From the NCBI GenBank assembly GCA_951406725.2, contig OX597839.1, positions 13,206,001 to 13,270,000 on the forward strand: a stretch of 64,000 nt of DNA, written 5' to 3'. Each line of letters starts with the position of its first letter. The stretch's first letter is position 1. Both the position numbers and the translations under genes were made by a program. Shown piece after piece: positions 1 through 10,898 of this stretch. Under the pieces are notes generated by a model that saw only the letters and a list, made by a program, of their open reading frames with translations, was not told the DNA's origin and ran no database searches. Origin of the DNA: Octopus vulgaris. Its lineage: Eukaryota.

Positions 1-158
1 TGTTGTTATTTTATCTCGGGTCAACCATGGGTGAACAGATCTATGATATAAGATATGCAGTTTAATACACTAGCAATTAGTCACCATATATATTTTTTAC
101 ATTTTAAAGACCATACATATATATATGTATATATACATATATACATATACATATATAC

Positions 159-230
<72 letters not shown>

Positions 231-424
231 GTATATATGTATATATACATATATACATAAATGTAAAAAAACACAAACTGGGACAAGAACGCAAAGCATT
301 TAGAAGACGATACAAAAAAAACGGACGGGACATTCGAAGCCTTCGATCTTCAGTCAAGAACCGGATCATCTTCGCAATTTTGGCTGATTAATCTTGAGAT
401 TGCTCCGACCTGGCCAGCCCCATA

Positions 425-468
<44 letters not shown>

Positions 469-689
469 CGTCATAAGAGGCCAGGGAATAGAAGAAAGAA
501 GATATGCACCCAACACCAGAGCTGAAGACACCTCCACGTCAAAATGGTAGAGGAGTAGGGGCCGAAACCGGACGTGGTTCCTCCTGATGATGTCTTGAGC
601 TAACTGGATCCTATAAAGGAGCTGTTGTGGTAGCAGACCACGAAACACGGTTGTAATTCCTCCTAGAGATTTTGAGGCTATTATTGGTA

Positions 690-762
690 GCTGAAATAGC
701 TCAGTTGAAAGTGTGTTTAGCTGTGGTTCTAAAGATCCCTGGTTCAGTCCAAGAGTTCGATG
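690..762 (+). pseudogene. Degenerate tRNA-Phe-like sequence
   Basis: GCTGAAATAGCTCAGTTG...TCTAAAGATCCCTGGTTC is colinear with metazoan tRNA-Phe(GAA) (GCCGAAATAGCTCAGTTGGGAG...TCTAAAGGTCCCTGGTTCGA); anticodon arm, T stem and acceptor stem are disrupted. Confidence 0.65.
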
Positions 763-776
763 TGATGAGAATTTGT

Positions 777-808
<32 letters not shown>

Positions 809-1281
809 TTAATGTCCACTTTCCATGCTAGCATGGGTTGGATGATTTGACTGAGGTCTGGCGAACCAGATGGCTGCACAAGGCTCCACTTTACAGATTG
901 GATTTGGTACTTTTACATCGCACTGGTATAATTGCATTTTACATGAGCTGCACAAGTGCATTTTACATGGCACCAGCACAAGGGCATTTTATGTTACACC
1001 GTTAAATATCTTTTATATACCATTAAATATGAGTCTAGGACATTTACCCCACCCCCAGTGGTCAATTATTCCCGAGGACTACAGATGATGATTTAAAACT
1101 TCTTAATATATTGAAGAGGGGGTAATTAACAAAGAGTGGGGTAATTGCCCTAGGGGGTAGTGGTCATCGGTGGTGGGGTTGTCCTAGCGGGATAATTGTC
1201 CTGATATGTTAAATATACCAGCATCCCAACAGACAGTTATTTACATTTGACGGATATTTGTCCTCATCTTGTTTGTTGTTA

Positions 1282-1325
1282 ACACAACGTTTCGGCTGAT
1301 ATACCCTCCAGCCTTCATCAGGTGT
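1282..1325 (-). ncRNA. Minimal type I hammerhead ribozyme motif (inverted copy)
   Basis: Minus strand reads ACAC-CTGATGA-a-GGCTG(gagggtatat)CAGCC-GAAA-CG-TT-GTGT. Confidence 0.68.
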
Positions 1326-1530
1326 TTTGGGGAAATTGCAAACTTGGGTTCTCATTCCTAAAGTATTTTTCGATGTTGTTGCTATTATTATTATTATTAT
1401 TATTGTTATTATTATTATTATTATTATTCGATTCCAGGCAGTGACCTGAATGATAATAATAATAATAATAATAATAATAATATCGAAAAATACCTTAGGA
1501 ATGAGAACCCAGGTTCAAAATTTCCCCAAG

Positions 1531-1574
1531 ACACCTGAAGAAGGCTGGAGGGTATATCAGCCGAAACGTAGTGT
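1531..1574 (+). ncRNA. Minimal type I hammerhead ribozyme motif
   Basis: ACAC-CTGAAGA-a-GGCTG(gagggtatat)CAGCC-GAAA-CG-TA-GTGT; predicted cleavage triplet GUA. Confidence 0.7.
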
Positions 1575-1812
1575 TAACAACAAACAAGATGAGGACAAAT
1601 ATCCGTCAAATGTAAATAATGTACATAATTCTTCATCTCTTAAATATAGAACTGCATCCCAATAGATGTTTAAAATTAGTTGAAATGTATTGGGATTGTA
1701 TCTTCTGGAGAGAAATCTGATCACAAAATCAGAAAATAGTTAAGTATATTTCCAGATTCATGTATCTTGAATCCACTTTCTATATAATCTTTTTTGATTT
1801 TCTTTCCAACAG

Positions 1813-1962
1813 AGGTGACCATTCCATCGTGGACTTTCATTTAGCTGTACTACCCCCAAAGACTGAAGCAGTCGTTTTCAGTATTGATGGCTCATTCACT
1901 GCTAGTATGTCCATTATGGGCAAAGATCCGAAAGTTCGTGCCGGAGCAGTTGATGTTGTTCG
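1813..1962 (+). CDS. rdgB: rdgB/PITPNM (Nir) membrane-associated PI transfer protein, internal exon (start of LNS2 domain)
   Basis: Acceptor tttccaacAG at 1811-1812 and donor GTttgt at 1963; encodes GDHSIVDFHLAVLPPKTEAVVFSIDGSFTASMSIMGKDPKVRAGAVDVVR, matching the PITPNM motif VVFSIDGSFTASVSIMGSDPKVRAGAVDVVR; phase 2 at both ends. Confidence 0.93.
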
Positions 1963-2077
1963 GTTTGTAGCTTCTCTTCACTTTATACTCCATCATTTAG
2001 TAGAATGCTTTTAGGTGCATCATCTCCAATACAACTGTACATATAATGCGTATAATTATATGTATATGCATATATAT

Positions 2078-2249
2078 AGGCGCAGGAGTGGCTGTGTGGT
2101 AAGTAGCTTGATTACCAACCACATGGTTCCGGGTTCAGTCCCACTGTGTGGCATCTTGGGCAAGTGTCTTCTGCTATAGCCTTGGGCCGACCAATGCCTT
2201 ATGAGTGGATTTGGTAGACAGAAACTGAAAGAAGCCTGTCGTATATATG

Positions 2250-2284
<35 letters not shown>

Positions 2285-2490
2285 ATGTTTGTGTGTCTGT
2301 GTTTGTCCCCCTAGCATTGCTTGACAACCGATGCTGGTGTGTTTACGTCCCCATAACTTAGCGGTTCGGCAAAAGAGACCGATAGAATAAGTACTGGGCT
2401 TACATAAGAATAAGTCCCGGGGTCGATTTGCTCGACTAAAGGCGGTGCTCCAGCATGGCCGCAGTCAAATGACTGAAACAAGTAAAAGAG
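2078..2490 (+). mobile_element. tRNA-derived SINE, family A (internal microsatellite, gtaaaaga tail)
   Basis: A-box tggctgtgtggta and B-box ggttcagtccc; other copies at about 4022-4190-, 5425-5710-, 17817-17972+, 21040-21770+, 28868-29021-, 42087-42430+, 45997-46200-, 60640-60948- and 60969-61312+. Confidence 0.88.
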
Positions 2491-3419
2491 TATATGTATC
2501 TGTATATATTCTCTTATTTGTTTCAGTCATTTGACTGCGGCCATGCTGGAGCACTACCTTGAAAGGTTTTAGTCAAACAAATCGACCGCAGGACATATTT
2601 TCTTTTAAAGCCTAGTGCTTATTTTATTGGTCACTTTTGCTGAACCGCTAAGTTACAGGGATGTAAACACACCAACACTGGTCATCAAGTGATGATGAGG
2701 AGACAAACACAGACACAAAGACACACGCACACACATATATATATATCATTACACACTGCACAGTGAGATATTTAACAGTATAAATGTTTTTAAATCTTGA
2801 CTTGACGTGTCATATCCAGAAAAATCTCTAGATAATCATCACACACAATCATTTGACTTAAATATCCAGGCAAATTTATTCTCAATTATTTTCTCAGTGG
2901 TGGTTAAGAGTTTCAGGTTTTGTGTAATAGGATTAGAGGGACATAACTCATTGTGTATTGATATCGTTTGTTAGTGGAGAGTTGTTTTGCTTGGGTTTAG
3001 CTCAAAGTGATATGGTTCAAAACTTCTGGAATGTGGTTGGAAAGGAGGGAGAAAACCACTCTAGGGTAAAAGAAGTGGAATGAATAGAGAAAAAGTTAAT
3101 GAGTTGAAGTTATGCGTCATAAGTATACTGCCATGCAGTATAGTGAGTTGACAGATGAGAATAATGTCATATTAACAAAGTTAGGAATTTCTCATAGTTG
3201 GTTAAAGTCTATAAGGGGAATGGAGATCATGCAAAATTACCTGGTAAATAATTAAATATTAGTCCAGATTTGGCCTTTCACACCTACCCTACAATGTCAT
3301 TCTAAAAATGAACAATCACATCATCAAAATCTTGAAGCTATGAGATCATATATGATTAATTGAAAACAATGTGAATAAATAACCATTGCATTTCACAGTC
3401 ATCTGAACACTAAAAGGCT

Positions 3420-3731
3420 AAATATCTCCCTGCTCTATTAAATATCTTCCTGTTCTATTAAATACCTCCTGTTCTTTTAAACCTCTCCTTGTTCTATTAA
3501 ACATATCCCTGCTCTATTAAATATCTCCCTGTTCTATTAATCATCTCTTTGTTCTAGGAAAAGTCCTCCTGATTCTATTAAACATCTCCCTATTCTATTA
3601 AATATTTTCCTCTTCTATTAAACATCTTTTTATTCCATTAAACATCTTTTTGTTGTATTAAATATCTCCTTGTTCTACGAAATATCTCCCTGTTCTATTA
3701 AAGGTACTCCTGGTTCTATTAATTATCTCTT
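3420..3731 (+). repeat. ~20-bp minisatellite (tattaaatatctccctgttc)n
   Basis: About 15 degenerate units ending at the polypyrimidine tract of the exon at 3749. Confidence 0.85.
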
Positions 3732-3748
3732 TATTGTTTTCTTTGCAG

Positions 3749-3932
3749 CTATTGGCAAAACCTTGGTTACCTAATACTCTATGTCACTGCTCGTCCTGAC
3801 ATGCAACATAGGAAGGTTGTATCATGGCTGGCGCAGCACAATTTTCCCCATGGAATGGTAGGGTTCATGGATGGATTGTCTAAAGATCCCTTAAGACAGA
3901 AGCTCAACTTCCTCAAAACCTATAAAGACGAT
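3749..3932 (+). CDS. rdgB: rdgB/PITPNM internal exon (LNS2 domain)
   Basis: ctttgcAG acceptor and GTaagt donor; YWQNLGYLILYVTARPDMQHRKVVSWLAQHNFPHGMVGFMDGLSKDPLRQKLNFLKTYKDD continues the previous exon in frame (CG|C = Arg); not in the ORF track. Confidence 0.93.
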
Positions 3933-3986
3933 GTAAGTATGCATAAATGTAATTAGTTTAATCACTAGTTGCCAAGAGTGGTAGGA

Positions 3987-4020
<34 letters not shown>

Positions 4021-4199
4021 TATGCAACAGGCTTCTTTCAGTTTCTGTCTACCAGATCCATTCACAAGGCTTTGGTCATCCCGAGGTTATAGTAGAAGAC
4101 ACTTGCTGAAGGTGCCATGCCGTGGGACTGAACCCAGAGCTATATGGTTGGGAAGCAAGCTTCCTACCAACACAGCTATGCCTGCACCTATCATCACCA

Positions 4200-4530
4200 T
4201 CATCATCATCATCGTTTAGCGTCTGCTTTCCATGCTGGCATGGGTTGGACGGTGCAACTGGGGTCTGGGAAGCCAGAAGGCTGCACCAGACCCAGTCTGA
4301 TCTGGCAGTGTTTCTATGGCTGGATGCCCTTCCTAAAGCCAACCACTCCATGAGTGTAGTGGGTGCTTTTTACGTGCCACCGGCACAGGTGCCAGATGAG
4401 GCTGGTAAACAGCCACGGTCGGATGGTGCTTTTTACGTGCCATCGGCACGGAGGCCAGGCGAGGCTGGCAAACGGCCACAATCGAATGGTGCTTTTTACA
4501 TGCCACCGGCACGGAAGCTAGTCAAGGCGG
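4200..4530 (-). mobile_element. SINE/short repeat family D with a (GAT)n tail
   Basis: catcgtttarcgtc.g.tttccatgct.gcatgggttggacgg..ctggatgcccttcctaa; other copies at about 779-930, 14664-14810, 45210-45435, 46200-46465, 47850-48100 and 54480-54610. Confidence 0.78.
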
Positions 4531-4588
<58 letters not shown>

Positions 4589-4592
<4 letters not shown>

Positions 4593-4839
4593 GTTGGTGC
4601 ATAATTATTGCGGCTTTTTTTCAACAAATTTTATTCAACAAAAACAATAACAATATTTAACAAAAACATCTTTAAATGATGGCCTGACCAACTGCCAAGC
4701 AAATAGGAAGCAGTAATTGAAGTAGATGGTGAATATGCTCTGGAATAATCATTTAAAGATATTTTTGTTACATATTGTTATTGTTTTTGTTGAATAAAAT
4801 TTGTTGAAAACAAACTGCAATAATTATGCACCAACCCAA
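4589..4839 (+). mobile_element. Mariner-derived MITE in an rdgB intron
   Basis: TIRs ttTGGTTGGTGCATAATTATTGC / GCAATAATTATGCACCAACCCAA, TA flanks, and an internal remnant of a mariner transposase C-terminus (QLPSK*EAVIEVDGEY). Confidence 0.82.
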
Positions 4840-5030
4840 TATGTGTGTGTGTGTGTGTGTGTGTGTGTATACACCCACATAAAGATAAACAAAGTGTGTA
4901 GATGTTAAGTAGGTAGATAATTGCAGCATGTTGATGTTTACTAAATTTCTTTGCTTTGTTCTAATTCCTTCGTTCATTACTAGTTTTTCATGCATTTTAC
5001 CATTGCCGTCTTTCAAATTCTGTCTTTCAG

Positions 5031-5159
5031 ACACAGTTGCTGTTCAAGGCAGCATATGGCTCAGCCAAAGATATTGGTATTTACAAAGACCTAGAAATTT
5101 CCCAACAACAAATATTTATTGTCGGCAAAGCCTCTAAGAAGCATTACAGTCAGGCTCAG
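5031..5159 (+). CDS. rdgB: rdgB/PITPNM internal exon (end of LNS2 domain)
   Basis: tctttcAG acceptor and GTatgg donor; 43 codons TQLLFKAAYGSAKDIGIYKDLEISQQQIFIVGKASKKHYSQAQ with the family motif AYGS.KD..VY...G......IVG; phase 0. Confidence 0.92.
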
Positions 5160-6472
5160 GTATGGTGTCCTTATGTTGCTTTTCACGTGCCTCTTCTTGA
5201 TTTATGTAGTTCATATTTGATGGAATATATATTTTTTTCTGCTGTATCCTGTAGAGCAGGGATCCCTGACCAACAGACGTCAGGCCTGTATCAAGTCATG
5301 GATCATTTGGCTTAATTTCAGACAGCTGTGTGAAGCTGCTGGAGACTGTGGTCAATCCCTGATTGCAAGGCCATTTGTATAGCGGCAGGATCACACTGCA
5401 ATCTCCTGGGTGTTTTTTACATTAAATACTCTTTTACTTGTTTCAGTCATTTGACTGTGGCCATGCTGGAGCACCGCCTTTAGTCGAGCAAATCGACCTC
5501 AGGACTTATTCTTTGTAAGCCTAGTACTTATTCTATCGGTCTGTTTTGCCGAACTGCTAATTTATGGGGATGTAAACTCACCAGCATCGGTTGTCAAGCG
5601 ATGTTGGGGGGACAAACACAGACACACATATACATATACATATATACGACAGGCTTCTTTCAGTTTCTGTCTACCAAATCCAATCACAAGGCTTTGATTG
5701 GCCCGGGGCTTTGGTATGGCTAAAATTAAATTCAAATTACAATTAAGTTTAAATTCAATTGAAATAAATTCGAATTAAAATTATAGTCAATCTTCAGGTT
5801 AATGATAATAGTTAAATAAATAAGCAAACAGAGTTAAACAATATTTATTTAAGAAATAAATAAAATAATAACTTTTCTTATCGAAAAAACTCCATTAACT
5901 AAATTAGAAACTTAAAACATTAGGATTATTTCCTACAACACATTTATTACGTTAAATATTTGATTTTTAAGGTAAAAAAAAAATAGATAGAAATATGTAT
6001 TTATCTTTGAAGATATAATTTGGCTTTAAAAAACATAATAAACTCTCAAATATCTTTAACTCAGTTATACTCCAATATTTAATTACCAAATTATTTAAGA
6101 AAATAATCACTATTCATATTTTTAGATTTAAGTACACATCTAATAATTATAAAATAATAAATACATAAAAATAAGTATCTAAATTATAATCAACAAATAT
6201 AGTAATTAAAAATCTAAAATTTTCTCTATCAATAAATATATAGACATATAACGAAAAATAAATAAATTAATTAGTCCATTATATATGTATTATTTGTAAT
6301 TTATGTATTGGTTTATGTCTATCACTGTTTGAGTTGCATAATAGTGGTTTTATCTCTTAATTTATATTTTATATATTTATACTGTGAAATTTGATTTAAT
6401 ACTAAATTGTAAGTTTGGAGATATACTCCTGAATATTATTATTATTATATATATTAATTAATTACATTATAT

Positions 6473-6757
6473 GTGGAGGCACAATGGCCCAGTGGTTAGG
6501 GCAGCGGACTCGTGGTCGTAGGATCGCGGTTTCAATTCCCAGACCGGGCATTGTGAGTGTTTATTGAGCGAAAACATTTAAAGCTCCACAAGGCTCCGGC
6601 AGGGAGTGTGGCGATCCCTGATGTACTCTTTCGCCACAACTTTCTCTCACTGTTTCTTCTGTTGGCCTGCTCGCTTAGCCAGTGGGGTGGTGTCATTTGA
6701 AGGCTAAAACAATGCGAAGCGCATTGTGACCAGCGATAGCCTGGTCGGTCATGTGAT
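6473..6757 (+). mobile_element. SINE family C, tail type 1
   Basis: Head gtggaggcacaatggcccagtggttagggcagcggac..ggtttcaattccc; tail ..aatgcgaagcgcattgtgacc.. Confidence 0.82.
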
Positions 6758-6833
6758 TAATTATATATATATGTATGTATATGTATGTATATATATATAT
6801 GTATGTATATATATATATATGTATGTATGTATG

Positions 6834-6878
<45 letters not shown>

Positions 6879-6889
6879 ATATATATATT

Positions 6890-7209
6890 ATTTTATGCGC
6901 CCTTTTCATGCCTAGCCAGGCTCATGGGCCCAGTTTCCCTGTTTCTGTGGCATATGTGTTCACCCCCCCCCAGCTTGATGGGACACCAGTCCATCGTAGC
7001 GTTACTCAAGAAACAGGAAGAAAGAGTGAGAGAAAGTTGGGGTGAAAGAGTACCACAGAGGTCGTCACCCCCCCCCCCCCTGCCGGAGCCTCATGGACAT
7101 TTAAGTGTTTTCACTTAATAAACACACACAATGCCCTGTCTGGGAATTGAAACCGTGATCCTCCGACCACGAGTCCGCTGCCCTAACTACTGGGCCATTG
7201 CACCTCCAC
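6890..7209 (-). mobile_element. SINE family C, tail type 2
   Basis: Same head; tail gatggactggtgtccc..gagcctggctaggc.tgaaaaggg; also at 45449-45748+, 56110-56390+ and 56702-57015+. Confidence 0.82.
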
Positions 7210-7754
7210 ACACACACACACATATATAGATACACAAGATGATCTGTTATGGCTGGTATCCAATTGCTGAGTTTCCAAAATTAAACAGCCTCACCAATAA
7301 AATGTATGTAGGAAGAAATGGTATAAACTTTTGTATTCATCTTAATTTCTCTTATAGTTGTGTGTCTGTGTGCATGCATATGTGTTGTGTGTATATATAT
7401 ATATATATATATACAAATTGAGATAGGGGTTGTAAATGCAACCCTCCATGGGATAACATATTTCCAATATAATGCTAGTGAAGTACCCAACAAAGTTAAT
7501 ACATAAATGTTAAGGATTGCGATGCAATCAATTCATTTACTGTATTAAGTCTCTTATGTGGTGGTTTAATAAAGTATGTGATTGAGTATTATCTGGTAAT
7601 TGATATTTGATTTAGATGCATTTCTCCATTTTCTTATCTTGTATATATATATATATAATGTATAGTATAATAGCCATCTCAATATGGCTATTATACTTTA
7701 CATTGTCGAGCGATTAATGTTTACATCTCGTTCTGAGATTTAATAATGCTAATG

Positions 7755-7794
<40 letters not shown>

Positions 7795-7869
7795 CATTAT
7801 CATCATGAATTTACATCTGCTGTCCATCTTCTTAACAACCATACCCTTTTTTTTTCTTTTTCTCTCCAG

Positions 7870-8169
7870 ATCCTGTCTGAAGGTTATGCATCTCATTTGT
7901 CAAATCTAATGAAACCAGGAATGTCACGCCCTGCCGTTGGCAACGCCAGGCTGTTCATTCGCAAAACCTGTTTCTCATTGCCCTCGCAGCCAGTTCGCAA
8001 GAAATCCGCCAAACGCAGTGCATCATGTCCGCACGGTAGCACTGCTTCTTTTGCTGCACCTACAGGCCGTGGATCAGTCGATCTGACCACCTACGGAAGC
8101 CAACCAAAGTTACGAACACCAGCAGCTCGATCAAAAATGCCAATGTGTTTATACCAAGAAGATATTTAA
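7870..8169 (+). CDS. rdgB: rdgB/PITPNM terminal coding exon
   Basis: Long polypyrimidine tract then ctccAG; ILSEGYASHLSNL... matches the family LSDGY.AHL motif; continues to the TAA at 8167-8169. Confidence 0.9.
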   Translation: MLSEGYASHLSNLMKPGMSRPAVGNARLFIRKTCFSLPSQPVRKKSAKRSASCPHGSTASFAAPTGRGSVDLTTYGSQPKLRTPAARSKMPMCLYQEDI

Positions 8170-8834
8170 TTGATCTTTAGCAATGGAAGAAATATTCTTT
8201 GTTTTTTCCCCCCCGTCTTAATCTTCTTCTTCTAGCTGACAAAAGTGATGGTTGATGGTTGCAAAATATTGCATAAACCCTAAATTTAGTGCTAGCACCA
8301 ATGTTTGGCTCAACATTCAGAATTCAAAGACCTTATTCTTGATCTTGTTTTTTTTTTTTCCTTTGTAAATGCTGCTAGCATGTAGCCATTTTAAAGATAA
8401 GATAGACATAAATGTGGATTTATGTTCGACGGTTTGCTAATTTTCAAAACTACCAAATTTAGTTCTCACTTCAAATCTGTGAACTCAAATTTATTTTAAA
8501 GACTTATGTCGTATGATGATTGGTGGTTGGAAACAGAGTGGGGATGGGGTTAGTAAAACAAGGGAAAAGAAAAAAAAATGATAGAGATGTTTTTGAAAAC
8601 TCTTCCCTTTCCTCTCCCTATCACTATCATCACCATCACGTTCATTATCAACATCCTCATCATTATTATTATCACAGTCATCACCACAGTTTTGTGATAT
8701 GTTATTTTGTTAAATCGTTATATTTTTTGCTCTTTCTTCTCCAAACCTCATTGCAGTTTGTATGTGTGTACATATGTATAAATACATACATATGTACATG
8801 TAGACTACATGTGTGTGTGTCTGGATATATATGC

Positions 8835-8881
<47 letters not shown>

Positions 8882-9802
8882 TACATGTATGTATGTATAT
8901 ATATGTATATGTGTGTATGTGTATATATATGTTTGTGTGTGTGTGTGAATATATGTACATACACATATATATGTAAATATATGTACATACATATATACAT
9001 ATATGTGTGTGTGTGTATGTAAATATATGTACATGCATATGTGTGTGTGTGTGTGTGTCCAACGGGGAGAGCATGTGCATATGTGTTGTGAGTGCATTCG
9101 CCACCAATTCCCTCCCATTTCCTCGCCATCACCTGGTAGTCCCCCAATACATTGATGGTTACAGCCAATGATGGAACCAGAAAAACCTGCACTTCTTTGC
9201 AAAGATGGAAGAAGTGCCGGCCCATGCTGCCGATGATGTAACGGCAGGCATGGCGATTTGAAACAATTTAAACCATGGCTGTACTAGCTTGTTAATGTTG
9301 TTTGACCCACACACACCCCACTACTACCACCACCACCACCAACAACACTGCTAAATTACTCCCAGCACATTAGCTGTGTGTGTGTGTATGTGTGTGCGAG
9401 TGTGAGTGTGCAAAGGAGTGCAATACTAGTGTGCACAAACACCCCCGTACCCTACTCTCCTATAGTACTGTGATATATATATATACATTATATTTAAGTA
9501 TGCCAGTTGCAATACTGTATGCAGCCTCATCCATACACTTCTACGATAGTGCATATAACATATCTATCTATCTATCTATATATATATATATGCATGTATA
9601 TATATTCCATATACATATATATTACATTTTTGTATATATATATATATATATATATAATGTATATATATGTGTGTATATATATATATATATTGTATATATG
9701 TATAAATATATACATAATGTGTGTATTATATAATATATATATACATATATATATATATATAAATATATATATATACATACATATGTGCATATATATATAT
9801 AC

Positions 9803-9865
<63 letters not shown>

Positions 9866-10819
9866 TGTATGTATATATGCATGTATGTATACATAGTATA
9901 TAAAATTTGCTGAGTATGAAGAATATGTATTTCTGTCTAAGTATGGAGTTCTTCAAGTACTGATATTTTCATTGTCATTTGTCTCTCAATTGGGAATAGA
10001 TATTTGTCTTAGTTATTTTATTTTATGGGAACAATAGTTATTAACTTATGTTAACAGTAGCTAAATTGTGTTGGTGTATTTCAATAACAATGGGTATCCT
10101 TACTATATATATATACACATATACATATATATATTGTAAATCATAAGATACCTTGTACACAGTTTCATATTTGATTTAGCTGAGTGGTTGCTGGCAGGTT
10201 TATTTTCTGCTGTTACGTAGTAGCATGATTTCCTCGGCTAAATGTTAATGTTATCGAGCATGATTCTTTTGGTGGTGTGAAGATTCATCAATCAACGTTA
10301 CAAATTAATTATTTGGAAAGATTTGACCATTACATTATTTGTGGTATTAGCTAATATACTTGCCTCATCAATAAGCCATCCTATATAATAATTCATCCAT
10401 TACTGATATTAATTTATACCCAATATGGAATCTGAGTGAATGTCCAAGTTCACATATACACACTAAAATGGAAAAAATGCAAAAGTTTATATATATAATA
10501 TATCATATATATATATAATATTATATATATATATAATATATCATTATATATATATGTAATATATCATATTATATATATATAATATATAATATTATATATA
10601 TAATATCATATGTATTATATATATATATACATATATAATATATATATGATATTATACATACATATATATATATACATAAAATAGATATACATATATATGT
10701 ATAATATATATATGATATTATATTTAGATATATATATATAATATACTAATACATTTGTTTGTTTGTACTCCACCTGCCTTCGTCTTTTGTTTATTTTCGT
10801 AAACCTTCCCGTTTATATA

Positions 10820-10870
<51 letters not shown>

Positions 10871-10898
10871 ATGTATGTATAATATATGTGTGTGTGTT

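Larger units (their letters stand above)
1237..1653. mobile_element. Fold-back non-autonomous element with two inverted hammerhead-bearing arms
   Basis: Arms ~1237-1430 and ~1449-1619 are reverse complements; (ATT)n/(AAT)n centre; flanking direct repeat gcatcccaaYaga at 1221-1233 and 1654-1666. Confidence 0.8.

Noticed and set aside
388-648. Minus-strand ORF with RRNHVRFRP, and a + strand tggtagcaga resembling a tRNA-iMet primer-binding site
   Set aside because: Only faint resemblance to a Gypsy integrase tail; the two signals are on opposite strands and no LTR is evident
1963-2014. ORF-track extensions of exons beyond splice sites (also 1760-1812, 5160-5315 and 37307-37330)
   Set aside because: Family similarity stops at canonical GT/AG sites; for rdgB the phases match the adjacent exons
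2078-2150. tRNA-like A/B boxes at SINE heads as functional tRNA genes
   Set aside because: They are fused to SINE bodies and do not form complete cloverleaves
9168-9215. ATGA...AAAA...GA pattern resembling a SECIS element
   Set aside because: Helix II does not pair and the visible rdgB exons have no in-frame UGA
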